A stretch of DNA of 64,000 nucleotides from Paraphysomonas bandaiensis (GCA_965644295.1 CBFFRP010000297.1:1-64000); one strand, 5' to 3'; shown: positions 37,708 to 51,741, numbered from the stretch's first letter. A program made the numbers and translations. Notes: generated by a model from the sequence alone, not told the origin.

Positions 37708-40331
37708 TCAAAGCAACCGAAGAGTTGCTGCAGGTTTACAGTCAATGGATTGGGACTGCTCAACTTCTACAATGCATTCCCTATTAGGTAACCGACATAT
37801 ATATGATTGCGACTACCTTTCATAGCAGAACAAAACTTTTCGACATTCAGAGGCTTGATCATTACTTGATTGACACCACTCGCCGTAAACCTGTCAACAT
37901 CTTCCTGAAGCCCATTGCCTGTGACCCCAAATACGAGACCCTTATACCCAAGGTTACGTATTTCAGTGGTGGCGGCAATGCCATCCATAACTAAAATGCA
38001 CGTCAATTTTCTGGTATACATATACGACCATCACTAACCTGGCATGTTACAGTCCATGAATATTACATTATATGGGGCATCTTCAGCGGACATTTCCACC
38101 TTCCTAACCATATCTACTGCCACCTGTCCATTCGCTGCGAATTGAATTTCGTGGAAGAACGGCTTGATAATGCGACCGAGCATTTTGCGATTTGACGCCA
38201 CATCGTCTACTACCAGTGACCGACCGAGCTTGATACCCAAAGAAGGAACATCTCCAGGAGAAATGCGAGAGTTAGATCGATGAGGTTTCGTGACCAAAGC
38301 AGAAGCTGGTAGTGCAGGAGGAGGGGCCCGATTTACGTCATTTATTTGCGGCTGCAATTGGGGCTCCATTTCGATCAGTAAGTCTGAAGAAGACTGATTC
38401 TCAGATATATCTATACTGCGAGAGGAACAGAGCTCGACTCCTGACGTAGAGCGTGCTGTGGCATCGTTCAATGTAACCGTTGGACTATTGACGCTCAACT
38501 TCGCTTCTAAATCTACTTCAAAGTCCTCCTTGCCTCCACAACACTCTACCTCCCCCAGCAATTCGACATAAAATAAGCATCCCATTCCCTTTCTTCCCTC
38601 AGAGATCATTCCGATTCGTCCTCCATGCATACGCACATATTCTTTCGCAACTGCACGTATACGTTAAAAGATTGAGGCGGAATACGTGACACACTTACTC
38701 CACAGCTCGAGTCCTGCTCCGAGGCCTGTCTGATAGTCCACTGGTGTGAACAGTGAGGAGTCAACAAACAGACTCTCCTGCTTGTCCTACGCACGCATAG
38801 AATATGGTCAACCAGAGGTTGTTCAAGTCATAAAGAGGGCATACCTTCGGTATTCCATGCCCGTAGTCCCTTACTTCCAGGCGCATCACGCGATCCTCGT
38901 CAGTGCTATTGGTACTACTGCTCAATGACTGGCTGTCGTCAGTCCATGTAGCTGCTAGTGACACCGTGACGTCCACAGCGCCATGAGGAGGACTCATTCG
39001 TACAGCACTCATGATAAGATTGCGCACTACTACAAGAATCTTATTTTTGTCGATATTCAGAGTAAATCTCTCAAGTCCATTAGGATACTTAACCCTCAGA
39101 GTCACACCTGCTTGCTTCGCCTGTAAGCATAGATGAGTTCACAAAAAACATAAAAATCAATCTACCAAACCTCTTCACTTAGTCCAGCAAAAATATTTGG
39201 TACAAAAGGACTGGCTTGAACCTGTTCCTGCTGTAGCACTTCCCGTCCGCTGTCCAGTCTGCTGAACATCAAAAGCCCATCCAAGATGTTCACCGCGTCG
39301 GAGCATGAATGCAAAATATCGTCCATCACATTGAGAACATCAGGGCTGCTTGTGAGAAGTCGAATATCTTGAGAAAGGAGATGTAGACCAACACATACCG
39401 CATTGAGAGGGGAGCGAACTTCGTGAGATACATACCGTACGAAGTCCTTCCTACGTTCCAATCGATTCTACATACGTGACTTAGTTACCCTAATCACATA
39501 CCAATATAAAAATATACGCACATTAAGTTCCTCGGCTATTTGGATGCCTAATTTGTTTGGCATCAGGATAGCAAGTATCATCACGGCGAATCCTACTAAT
39601 GTCATACCAAAGAGTGGACGGCTGTTCTCCCGAACAAGGCTGTGGTAAGTACTACTAGTAGACAGCAGGAATATCCACTCGAACATAATGACCCCAATCA
39701 GAGCAGTGGCATGAATAATAAATAACTCGTCGTTGCTTGCGGAATTGGCATGTTCTCGGGCTGATTGGATAAGTAATATGCAGAGCACAAAGTCAATACA
39801 GCCCAAAGCAATATGCAACTCAGTAACCCATGGAGTAAAGATGTTAGAGAAGACAGATATCAGCAAAAGAACCATGACAGTGGATTTGAAGGCAATCAAG
39901 AGATATATATATTTTTTGAAATCGTGTCGAAAATTATGGACCATAATATTACCAACGAGAGAAAGGTAGCGCGTAATAAAACCGAAATATATTATACAGA
40001 CATGTAATTCCGTCTCACTACTTGCTTCGTGGCAACTGATTATCATTAATATATTCGGAACCAATAAGGCCCCAATTACACGCCATTGTGAATCGTTTAT
40101 CTTGTTTCTGATAATCCAGTCCAGAAAGGCATCAGCAAACAACGGAGAAGCCATAGCCAAACCAATTTCCGATAGTTTCTGTAGCATATATGGGGGGTGG
40201 ATATCTTCTTTCACGAGATGCATATTCGCAAGTACTGGAAAAAAAGACATTCCCATAAAAAATACAGTTACTGCGGCAATTGCAGCTTTAGCATATATTG
40301 CAGGGGATGATAGCCAAGTCTTAGTGAGCAT
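37708..40331 (-). CDS. Multi-TM hybrid histidine kinase (TM-HisKA-HATPase-REC), multi-exon
   Basis: About 8 hydrophobic helices; H-box FVRYVSHEVRSPLN; G1 VRDYGHGIP; MHGG; receiver LVVDD..IFMDCNMP|VMDG..GVTGN..IKP. The stop is 37708 if the last intron is spliced, otherwise 37767. Confidence 0.9.
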
Positions 40332-41696
40332 ATTTTTAATAATTCAGTCACTTATTCTCTAATAGCATAAATCAACCAGTCATACACTCAAAAGGTCCAT
40401 AAATGAATAAGTTATACTTTGCCATGTCAAACACAATGAAATATATAAATAAGAAGAACTATGAATGGGAATAATGTCCATTAGAGTGTGGATATTATTC
40501 ATATTATCATATACATGAGCATAGTTTACATGGCTGATAGTAAATCTGTACCAGTCTTTCACTATAACCAACACAAGTACGCACTTCCCGTGTATGTTAG
40601 ATAGATATCAGTCAAAAATAGAAGTTTTTATCCGGTATGGAAATATAGAATAATGTTGTCCTGTGTTTTGTACACATGCATATACCTATGAACATATCCA
40701 TATGGTATACCTGTACACGTATCACCACATACTACATACGTATTTCAACGACTACGATGCCACATATTATCTTGCTTCCGTTGTGTTTCACGGTTCACGG
40801 CATGATATGTCCACATAAGTCCATGAAAATCTTTCGCCTTTATAGTATCACTCTATTAATGTGTCGTTCTGTTTCTAACATGGACTATGAATTCAATACT
40901 AATAGTGTGCAAATCTAATATGACGATATACAATTGCTCTCATTATTGATTCAATTGCAGTCATTTGACCTCCACATCAATACATGTCGCTGATAATTTA
41001 CAGGATTACCTGTTAATTTTACTGAAGCTTTGTTTACCAACCAAGTCGTAGTTGTAGGAACAAAAACCACTAACTTGTTGAGGGTATAACTTACTAAAGC
41101 GCCACGATTACAGATTTACGTAATATTAATACAATGATATCACAGATGACACTTCTGTGAAAGTCAATTGGAAATATTACACCTGTTTTTTTTGTGAATT
41201 AATCCATCGACACAGTATCATAAAGTCAATAGACTAACTATTGGAACCATAAGGCTACATAAACAGCTATGTAATGATAAAAAATGTTAAGAACAACTAG
41301 TATGTTCTGCGCGGGTTAGGGGCTCCAGACTACTTACAGCACCAACATCATTGTCCAATCAAACTTCAAAGGAATTTATATCGGAAGGTTTGAAAATATA
41401 GTAATTAATTCAGAACAGATCTTACACATTAATTGTAAATGAATATTTACTTTAGCTACTCTCATCTTCTTAATGTGAACAAGGTTGTGCTAAATAATAA
41501 CAACTATTTCTCAACTGTGACGAATTTGATTCGTAATTGTTAGTCTAAGATAAGTTTTCGCTTATTAGTACGTTGGTTTCGAGGTTGTCATGTAGTAAAG
41601 TTTAAGTATTAGTTATACTTTTAAAAGTTATAGAAGTGGCTGCTTACTACTTTACTACATCCCAGGAAGCCTATTCACGACGCAAACTGCTACTTA

Positions 41697-42805
41697 CTAT
41701 GCAAAAATAGATATGATCCATCGCTTGTACATCGACATAAACTTAGCTACAAATGCTTCCAAATGAAATATCTCTTTCGACCCTAACTGAATGCGGTGCT
41801 CATAGTATGCCGCCCAGTGGGCAAGTTCATGCTTCAGTTGGTCGTCCAAAGCTTTCATCAGTTCTCTTGTCAGCGTTTGTATGATAACGTCAGGCGGAAT
41901 GCAGTTCGTAAGAAGCTCATACATCATATCTCTTGCTTGAAGAAGTTTAGTAGGAGACTGCTCCTGTAAAATTTCCCTGGAAAGACGGCATATATACAAC
42001 TCCCAGTCTGGCAGAAGTACCTGCTGGTCGGGGGCCAAGGGAGTGTGCTGCACTTTGCACGCCTCCAGCATCAGTAATGCTCTACGAAGGTTCCGTTCGC
42101 TACTTATGCTTATGGTCATCGCAAGCTCTTGTGGGCATGGAACTTGCTCTTTTCTTGCAACAGAGACAAGTAGGTTCGCAATGTCTTCGTGAGATGGAGC
42201 GGGAATACGGATTCCCAGACATCGTGAGCGCACTGGAGGGATTACCTTCGAGCAGGAGTTGCATATGAGAATAATGCGACAGTGAGAAGAATACCTGCAT
42301 TTTCACGAGATTAGAGACAAATACGTTTAAAACTGACACAGTACTTCTCCATTGTTCGCCTAAGCCCAGCTTGTGCTTGTTTCGTCAACTTGTCCACTTC
42401 ACTTAGAACAACAACCTTGAAGCTTTTCGACTGAGAGCTTTGGAGACTTCCATGAGAAGCTATTTCCTTTATTACTTCTTGTATTATAAATTTATCGTTG
42501 TTTCCCGCATCGGAAGGGTTGCACTCTATGTGGAAATTGCTACCAAGTGTGGTGACCTCAATGGCCTTATTGGTGGGAGTTTTAAAAGATCGATGTTCAA
42601 GTTTCACCCTTTCTACACTGGCACCATATATTTCCCGTAAAAGTGCCATGACTCTAGTTTTCTTCCCCGCTCCAGGAGGTCCATAAAATAATAAGTGTGG
42701 GAGGTCATTACTGTTACTAATCGCTTGTAGTTTCGTCGTTACGGAAGGATGCAAACTGAGCTTTGACAGTGATGTCGGACGCTGTTTATCTACCCACAAG
42801 GACAT
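41697..42805 (-). CDS. RFC3: Replication factor C subunit 3 (yeast Rfc5 orthologue), 2 exons
   Basis: MSLWVDKQRP, PHLLFYGPPGAGKKTR, AQAGLRRTMEKY, RSRC, ERNLRRALL, IFHLEAFVAKFM. Confidence 0.96.
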
Positions 42806-43390
42806 AATTCAATCTCTTAATGTGTTTATCTATTCACACTCTATTACTAAAGTTAACAACGCAATATTATCTCCATATCTGAGAGATACACGGGCTCGCT
42901 CCTTATCATACACATACTCAAATACACACTGAAGTATTTGAAATCTGAATATATGCATGGGCTCAATCTGCTGCTCTTGATGTCCTATCCCTCACTCCCA
43001 AAAAAACCTACGACCCTACGAATTCCCTACATACAACGTACACATATGGTATACAGAGTATACATTCCTGTATATGATTCTTGTGGAGCGGATTTTTCGA
43101 GACATCCCAACTCCTTTATCCGGGCTACTACCTCACGTGACGGATAATTACCCGTTAATTATCGCCACTGTCTGTAGCCCAATCATTTTAGGTGGTACCT
43201 TCTGACTCTGAATAGTACGATGGTGACTATGCATATAGTTCCTCATTATTATTATAGTTGGGCCTCTCTGCTATAATAACACACTGGTGTGATTCATTAA
43301 TAAAATTTCTAATAAGAACACAGAAAACTTTTAGTAATACATAGTAAATCCTTTGATCGGATACTATCTATCATTCTATAGTGAATCCTC

Positions 43391-44053
43391 ATGACGGATT
43401 TTTGTTCTAGTCCTCTTCCAGGGTTTTGTGCTTTTGGATCCCCTCTTACGGTGGAACAAAACACTTTATCTGGTAAACGTCGTCGATCTGATGATGAAGA
43501 AAATATAATGGTCCCATATCCTCATAGTGGAGGTGATATGAGTGATATATTTAATCCGGGAAAGAGACATCGTTCCCGATTGGCTCCATCATCCTTCCAA
43601 AAAGAAAACAGGATCAATGAATTGGAGCAGACTATCCAGAATTTACAACGACAAGTTGTAGCCACACGGTTAGTGATTATATATTTTATTGTATATCGTT
43701 TATAGTTTCATATTTTTGCCAGGGAAGAATGTTGCGTCGAGCTACAAAAGAAGCAAGAAGAAATAGACCACGTGTCGGCAGAAAACAACGCCCTCAAAGA
43801 AAGATTGAATGATGTTGAGATTAACAACTCCCGAGTGCTTGAAGAAAATCGGCTTCTCAAGCGTGCTGTTCACATTCAGGAAGGCCGTCAGAAAGAGGTC
43901 ATGACACAAAATCAGCAGCTAAAACAATTTCTAAACCAGGCCGCGGATCAAATCTCTGCTCTCGAAAGGAGTAATGCGACGCTTCGAAGTCATATGGGCA
44001 TGTTCAATCAACCCGAACCGGTAATTTCTCATCGACCGCCTGATATATATTAG
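43391..44053 (+). CDS. Conserved coiled-coil protein of unknown function (ENRLLKRAV..IQ / PPDIY C-terminus, resembling a plant family), 2 exons
   Basis: Intron ~43668-43721; ENRLLKRAVHIQEGRQ..LERSNATLRSHM..RPPDIY*. Confidence 0.7.
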
Positions 44054-45514
44054 AGTGATAGTTGAAGGCACACACTGTAAATAGTCCGCTTCAGTTTTTG
44101 CTTACTGGAGGTAGAAAAAGAGACTGTTCATGACTGGCTGTAATTTGAATTTTCTGGGGAATTTGGTATGAAAGTAAAACGAATTGCTGCAAGATATTAG
44201 CTTTTCCTTATGGTACTGAATTTCACTGCACAGTTTACACAAAATATTCCAGGTATATTATTCTCTAGAATCGATTGGTGTCTCCATAGTGGAATGTGGA
44301 AATGCCTGATTACTTATACATCGTATATTTCAAATGGCAACATCGTCAATTTTAACCTGTTTTAATAATAAGATTATTTCTTTCGACTTCTTTCTGTGGG
44401 ATAGGAAAAAGTACTTGGTCATTAGTCAACATTGGTTTATCTGCACTTTGTCTAAAAAAAATTTAGTCACATCCGATGCTGTATAGGCGTTTAGGAGCAG
44501 TGGGTGTCCAGGATTAGGGTTACGTCGTGCTTATCAGGATTGTGTGCCTCATATCATACATAGAGCATACACCTCATATATCATATCAGGTGATTTAAAA
44601 AAGGTTAAGTATGATGTACAATGTACATAAATGTGATAATGCGAACGACAGCAAGAAGTCCCATATTACAAGCACCTACAATTTTTCACATTCATCATCA
44701 CACTTCTGTACTGATTTCAATACTTCGCACTTGTTATTCCCTCAGTATCCTTCTGTTGAAGGGGTCCGTTGTTGTAGCTATTATTGTTGAATTCGTGAAG
44801 TTATTGTTTTGAGTCAATGTCGAACAATTGCTATTCCCTAAGCATATATAGTATACAACATATCTGAATATTGAACTGTTAATTCACTCAATAAGCAATT
44901 TGTTAGAATTGTGATCAACATCTCCAATCACTCACTATAGTTAAAATTAACCACGCTAATGGAAATAGGCGTTCCGTGATTATATCAGGGTTCTGTTGAA
45001 CTCAAATCAGGTCAACAACACACCTATTTGATACAAAATGGGATAAATCTATATCACCACTACTACCAACCAATACTCACCAATTTTATAATTTATTTCA
45101 GTATAATATTTCTGTTTTACTTACCTGAGTTATATGATTAATTCATGTTATATTATTTTCAACTGTATATTTGTTGAGTTCTACAATATGAGAGCTATTG
45201 AAAATAGTATAACATGAATTAATGAAATCATAAATTGAAAACCAATTAATTGTTACGCAAGCCTGGTTATAAGGTATTTATATTACAGTAGAATACAGTT
45301 GTAGTCTTGTTAATCGTTCTGTGAAGTTCTGTGAACCGTGAGAATGAATGACGAGATGTATATAGTGGTAAAACGGATGCAAGTTGTAGTGACGAAGTAA
45401 GATCGTACGAGAAATGAGTGATAGTAGAGGCAACATGAAATTCATGAATGATAAGAGATATTGATTATAATTTATAATTCTCAGCATCGAGTATAAAAGT
45501 TTACCTTCTGTTGT

Positions 45515-46022
45515 CCCTCAACAAAGCCGGACTCGCACCTTTTCGTGGTGTTCTGGGGGATGTATAGAGATTCTCTCTGGGAAACTAACGTGAGTCGCAA
45601 CATAGCCAGCAGATATTCTTCTACCCACGCATAGCCGAATGCTTGTGTGGTACAAGGGACACCAATAAGTGTCACTTGTGCAGACGTCTTTGGACCCTGA
45701 CGAATAAACAGGCATCCAGGAATGGGCCCACCTCAAGGGCATCCGGGACAGGGCCCACCTGAAGGGTAACCGGGGTATTGGGCTGCCTGATGAAGTCAAG
45801 CATCTGGGATGTTCACCTTAAGAACTCAGAGCGGATGTTGTCGCACCTTGGTGCTTGCGGCGACGCACAAGCAGCTTCCGTAGGGTTAGATAGTAGGATA
45901 AAAAAGTGTGCACTGATTAGTTACAGGTAGAGGTCTAACTAATTTGTCTAGCATTCATCTAGCTACTTAGTTGATACAGGTTTTTAATGCCTATTGCTAA
46001 TAATAAGACTTTCAATATATTA
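45515..46022 (+). mobile_element. 5'-truncated non-LTR retrotransposon copy with 13-bp TSD
   Basis: TACCTTCTGTTGT at 45502-45514 and 46023-46035; degenerate ORF end (HPGQGPPEG*); hairpin 45843-45872; homologous pieces at 11357, 22653, 31052 and 57292. Confidence 0.85.
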
Positions 46023-46605
46023 TACCTTCTGTTGTTAGGTTAATACTCATATAATATCAAACTTTGATATTTTTCACTATTCATAATTTAAATTTTAAAT
46101 ACATAAATATACAGCCGTGTATTTGAACAAATTATAAATACGGCACAGCTAGATTTGACATTGAATATTACTTCATACTTTTGTTTAATATTAGTAGTAC
46201 CTCCGACAAAATAGTACGTATGTATGTACACTAGTGTTTTTTGACTAAGGACTTTTGTTCTTCCGGAATTCATTGTAAGAACGTAAGAACCATTCGTCGT
46301 GTATGCACAACAAAAAAATATGACCAACTGTTCTTTATACTTTAAATAAGATCAGACAACTTGATCGAACTGATTGGCAGAGCGAGTTATAAACGATGGT
46401 AAAAAACTCATTAGACAGCAGTACGCGCGATACTATGCTCTTAAAACCAGGTCGCCAGACTATAGCATTAGAAAATCACTCATCGAGGCGATTCAACTAA
46501 TGCCTACATGACACATTTTCAGCAATTGGATTCAAAGGTCACTAACCGTTTCTGTGATATTGGATATAGAAAACTGGCTCAGATGTGAGTGCAGTTGATA
46601 GTCTC

Positions 46606-48545
46606 TCACTTCTGATGTTGTTGGTGGGGCATCCCACCTCTGTTCTGAACTGATGATGACATCATCATCTGTGACGCCGACTCGTCTACGAAGGTAAATC
46701 CCTCAAACGCTCCATCAAGGGAGCCAAAGTAGGCTCCACGCACATCCGGAGATACTGAACAGCATGAACAAATGATTCGGCGCATAAGACTAAACAGTAA
46801 TGCTTACCAATTGGTTCGATGGATGTGAACTCTTGGTCAAACAGGGAAGTGTCGAGAGAACCGGAAAACTTTGGCGTCCAAGGCGGAGGAATGCTTCCAT
46901 TGTACAATCGCTCCCAATCTAGCCCGTAAAAAAAGCCGTGTGCCTTAATTTCCGCCGCATCAGCCTCTCCGCTTCCGAGGCGCTTCTTTGGGTCACGCAC
47001 TAGCAGGCGTCGCAATAAGTCTTTGGCAGACTACAGGTAACACTTACATCAATACAAGATATAAAGAAAAATAGGTATATTTGAGTGTGCTACACCACAA
47101 ATGTATGATTTGAAAGTTCAAAGGTTTCGTACTGTAAAATATACCTCGCTCAAAAATGAGGGGAAGTTCAGCTCTGCCTTCATGATTTTTTCAAACATAA
47201 CCTCTCTGCTGCGGCTGTAGAATGGAGGGAGACCAGAAAGCATTTCGTATAATAATGCACCCGTTGACCACCAGTCAACTGCACGGCCGTGTCCTTGTCG
47301 TAGGAGTACCTCCGGAGCGATGTACTCAGGTGTGCCACAAAAAGAATTGGCGCCAGAGGAGTCGTCTGACACCCCCTCCTTACTGAGACCAAAGTCTGTC
47401 AAACGAACGTTCCCATGATGATCCAGGAGTACATTTTCGGGTTTAAGGTCTCGGTATATTATGTCGTGGCTATGCACGTACTCAATGGCCATAATGATCT
47501 GGGCGGTATAAAAACGGGCCTGAGATTCTGGAAACCGGCCCATTCGACCAAGGTGAAAGAAAAGCTCTCCACCTGCACAGTAGTCCAAAACAAAAAATAG
47601 CTTGTCAGCTGTCTGGAAAGCCATGTTGAGTCCCACGATAAAGGGGTGATGGACGTAGCCTAACACATTTCGCTCTGTTTTGGTATGTTCCACTTGGTTC
47701 TTACGGATGATATAGTCTTTCTTGAGCACCTTCATCGCGTAAAGCTTCCCAGATTCTTTTTCTCTTACCAGAAACACTTTTCCAAAAGAACCTTTTCCCA
47801 CTACACGGATGATGTTAAACGCTTCCAGGTTAATGGTACGCTTGGCGGGCTGGGCGGCTGCCTGTTGCTCTCCACCCTCACCACCCATCTGTACTCCACT
47901 TGTCGCACGGTTAAAAATAAACTCCGCCTCCTTTACTACCGACAGAGATTTGATATCCATGCCATCATTCTCGTCGTCCTCAGGAGGCCTCTGTTGGGAA
48001 AAGCGCCAAACTGAATTAGGCGGTGTTTTGCTCATACCAATGCCTTCGTCCATTTCTGCGCTCTCATCTTCAACGCCTTCGTCGTCCTTGTCAAACATCT
48101 CTTCCATATCCATATCGTCGAATGAACCGTTGTTACTGTTCCGCCAGTGAACATCGATAAACGGCGGCAGCACATTTGCATCCGCGCAGAGGAAGTGGTA
48201 CATTGACTGGGTACGGAGAATTAATGGGTTGGCAATAACATTTTGCAGCCATGTATCGAGCAAATTTCTATTCTCTTCCATTTTATCTCCAGTTAAAATA
48301 TTTTCAGCTATAAAAGGCACAGGAAAAATATCCGGATGAAGGACTCTAAGTTGGTCGCTAATACCGACGAATGATGTGTATCGTCGATATACATACCAAG
48401 TCTGTAAACTCTCTTGTTGTACACATATAATGTAAACAACATAAGGTGGACCACCCTGATCCTGACATATGCCATATCCAGCAACTGCAATAGATATTAA
48501 TATGAGGTTATAGTATATATTAATATTACCTTCTATTGTAAGCAT
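46606..48545 (-). CDS. PX-domain AGC protein kinase (SGK3/PKB-like), multi-exon
   Basis: PX (WYVYRRYTSF); kinase GKGSFGKV, YAMK, YRDLKPEN, DFGLSK, SFCGTPEY; last exon has a turn motif SP and hydrophobic motif FEGFTF. Confidence 0.93.
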
Positions 48546-49100
48546 TTTTAAGTTACAAAATAGATAATCTAACTATCAGATACAATCAACTCTTGTAAAT
48601 ATATATTTCCTGTTAATAAATACTATAAATCAAACGTTAATCTGTCACTAAACTCTAACAGTGTCAGGTAACATTCAACACAATTGAATATCTTGTGAAA
48701 CTCTTATATGAATGATAGTTATATACATACATACATACATACATACCATCTTGTATGTACGACTGTAGGTAGCATATTCATGTATTTCCATTACTACACA
48801 TATGTAGGTGACCTTGCTATGTGGTATGTTTTGGAGTGTATCAACTGCCGTACAGAACCAGAAGAAAAATATTGATACCAAATTTTAGGATTCCAGGAAA
48901 TTTTGCATTTTCCAGGAAATCTATATAAAAAATTAACTTTTAAAGTATGGATTTTATATACAGCACAGTGTTGGTATTCCATGGTATTCAATATTCAGCC
49001 AACTAGTGAGATGAAGCACTACTTATACACAATTGAATTGAATTGATAACTAGTGCATATGCTTGAAATAGATACAGCTTAACCCTGACATTGGATAGCT

Positions 49101-50058
49101 ATGTATATGTGGTTTGTTCTATACTTCGCTCTCTTCAGTGAGTGTGATGGTTATAGGAATAAAATGCTTGACCATGCCAAAACCGTTCGATCTTTCTTTC
49201 CAAATCGATTATTTGACGGAGATGGAGTTACCTGGAGGTCTCCAGGCACATACAATACGACACTAGCGTCTATGGCCCCAACGTATCGACAGTTCAGCTA
49301 TGCCCAAGACCAAGAGGATTTATGGTTATATGAGAATTGGTTTTACGGCGTAAGCAATGGTGTTATCATGGAATCTGGGGCACTGGATGGTATCATGTAT
49401 TCTACATCTTATTTGTTTGAAAAGTTTGCGCAATGGACTGTAATTCACGTAGGTTCGTGCTTACTAAAATTCTTGCATTGTGAATTTTTAATTTTAACGC
49501 TATTACACAGAAGCAGATCCGCGTAATTTTTACCGGTTGGCACGGAATAGATTAGAGGCTATCAACATACATGCCGCTCTTTGTAGTGAAGCGAGAACTT
49601 TACATTTCACAAATGATAAAGGCTCTGAAGTTCAGGGTTTCGTTGAGTTTATGACACCAATGTTTCTCAGGAAATTTCATAACAAGATATACAAGAATAT
49701 TACTAAACTGGAAGATTTAGCTACAGTCCAGTGTGTACAGGCAAAGAAGTTATTGCAGGAACTCAGCGTTGATCACATTGATGTATGGGTTTTGGATACA
49801 GAAGGTGCAGAGTTATCAGTACTTGAAGGGACCGACTTTTCTAGGGTTCACATCAATACGATCGTGATGGAGTGTGACGGAAGTGACTTGATGAAGGATC
49901 AGGAGAAAATTGCTCTACTTAGTAGAAATGGTTATGGTTGTGAATATGTTAAGCGGAACTGTTTTTGTAGACATTCCAGTTTTCAACCTTCTGCAGCACC
50001 TTCTGGAGTAGATCTTCAATATACTGGGGAACGCAATGTCCAGAAACGAATAGAATAG
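49101..50058 (+). CDS. FkbM-family (Methyltransf_21) SAM methyltransferase with signal peptide, 2 exons
   Basis: SYAQDQED, IMESGALDG..STSYLFEK, IHV|EAD, IDVWVLDTEGAELSVLEG.DF. Confidence 0.85.
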
Positions 50059-51741
50059 ACTTGAAAGTGATAGTTTCTTGTATGATTCACAGATTCATAT
50101 TACGATAATAGTAAATAGTTTGATGTTTAGTTACTAAAATTTGTTCTTGTATATAATTGAATTGACTTTCACATTCGTTTGTCACCTATGTGATATTGCT
50201 CCACTTTGTAAATATAGAAATATAATAAATATAGTACTTCTGCTACGTTTCTGTTGTTAATACATATTCATATTGTTCTTGATGGGAAGTGGAAGTGCAG
50301 ATACATTTATGCTATTTACACTTATTTATTACTCTGGCTCAACGTTATGATATATATCACGTACTTCACTAGGATCCTCTCATGTACATAGTATATACTA
50401 TACACCGGCGATAGTAGATCTGATGAAACAGAGCAGAAAAAAGACGATGCTACTTCTCTTGTTTTTGGTTGGTGGCGAAAGATAAGTGCATATTGGAACT
50501 GCGGTTTCTATAAAGGAGTTTTACTGCATATAGTATTCTGAATTTCAATATTACGTGTAATATTAATCGCAAGTCCCTTCTCACTCACTACAAAATGGTG
50601 TATTAAAATAACACAAAGATACTAGACAATGACAATATAACGGTGTTAAATTTGTGCTGCTTGATAGGCTGCATTACCGTTATTACGCATCAGTATTACA
50701 ATATTTTATCAAACCACACACCACTATATATAACTCTCACTCCTCTCGGCTGCTGGAAGAAAATCTCATCTCAAGGGGCATTTCTACCCACTAAACTTTC
50801 CTGTTCATTTTCAGGTCATACTGTCATTAATAGAATCTACATCAACACAGATTCATTTCATAATAGAGCACCGTCCATAGTATGTCTCCTGCAAAGATAA
50901 TGATGAACCTGAGGCTCTTCTCCCACCTTTATGATGATCGTAATCTTATGAGATATATCATGAAGCTACTTCAATGGATAATCTGTGCTCTCACCGATCA
51001 AAACTCTAATATCCGCTCAGTTTATGCAAATCCTGTTAATGTATATATGTATGAACATTTATGCCACAGATAAGATAGGAAGTCGGGTCCCCTGTAATGC
51101 CTGTATTCTAGATGTGTTCAGTCAATCACAGTGTCACTCACATAGTGGCGATGACGTTAGCAAATACGTCATCAGATGTGAAATGGTTTGGAGTGAGATC
51201 CACTATAATTGGCCCGCTTGATTCATAATTTGGATCTCGAGTTATTCATGTTCAAAGTGAGTGCCCTTAATTCAGTTATCTTTCTTTTAAGGATCCTATT
51301 AGTGCCGCTTTTCATGACCCCCCTCACTCCACTGATGACAGTCCTTCACACACTTTTTACACGATACATCAACATAACATCATGTGACTCTGACTCTGAG
51401 GTCACTTAGAACTTTCTCTACGAATTTAATAGTGATTAGAATCCGAGGCCTATCACCTCAAAACGTTGAAAAGTTATGGAATTATACATAAAAGACACTT
51501 TTTCGCGATTTTTTTTCATGATTTTCCCCCTTTTTGTACAGCGAGTTTAACGTACGTTGTAGTCTGAGACAAACACCCACTTGTAGTCCAACTGTATATT
51601 AGGAAAATACAATGTATATATCGATGTCTATTAATAGAGTACAGTAGCATATAGGCTTATATCACAGCACAGAGCAGCTTCATATTAAGCTAATCATTAT
51701 CTGCATTGATATACTTTACGTGGGATAGAATAATCAGATTT

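Noticed and set aside
45118-45127. TACTTACCTG resembling the U1 snRNA 5' end
   Set aside because: No U1 stem-loops or Sm site follow; the context is AT-rich repeat DNA.
48884-48922. Imperfect inverted repeat TTCCAGGAAAAT..ATTTTCCAGGAA between divergent genes
   Set aside because: Short, single-copy and mismatched; no function can be supported.
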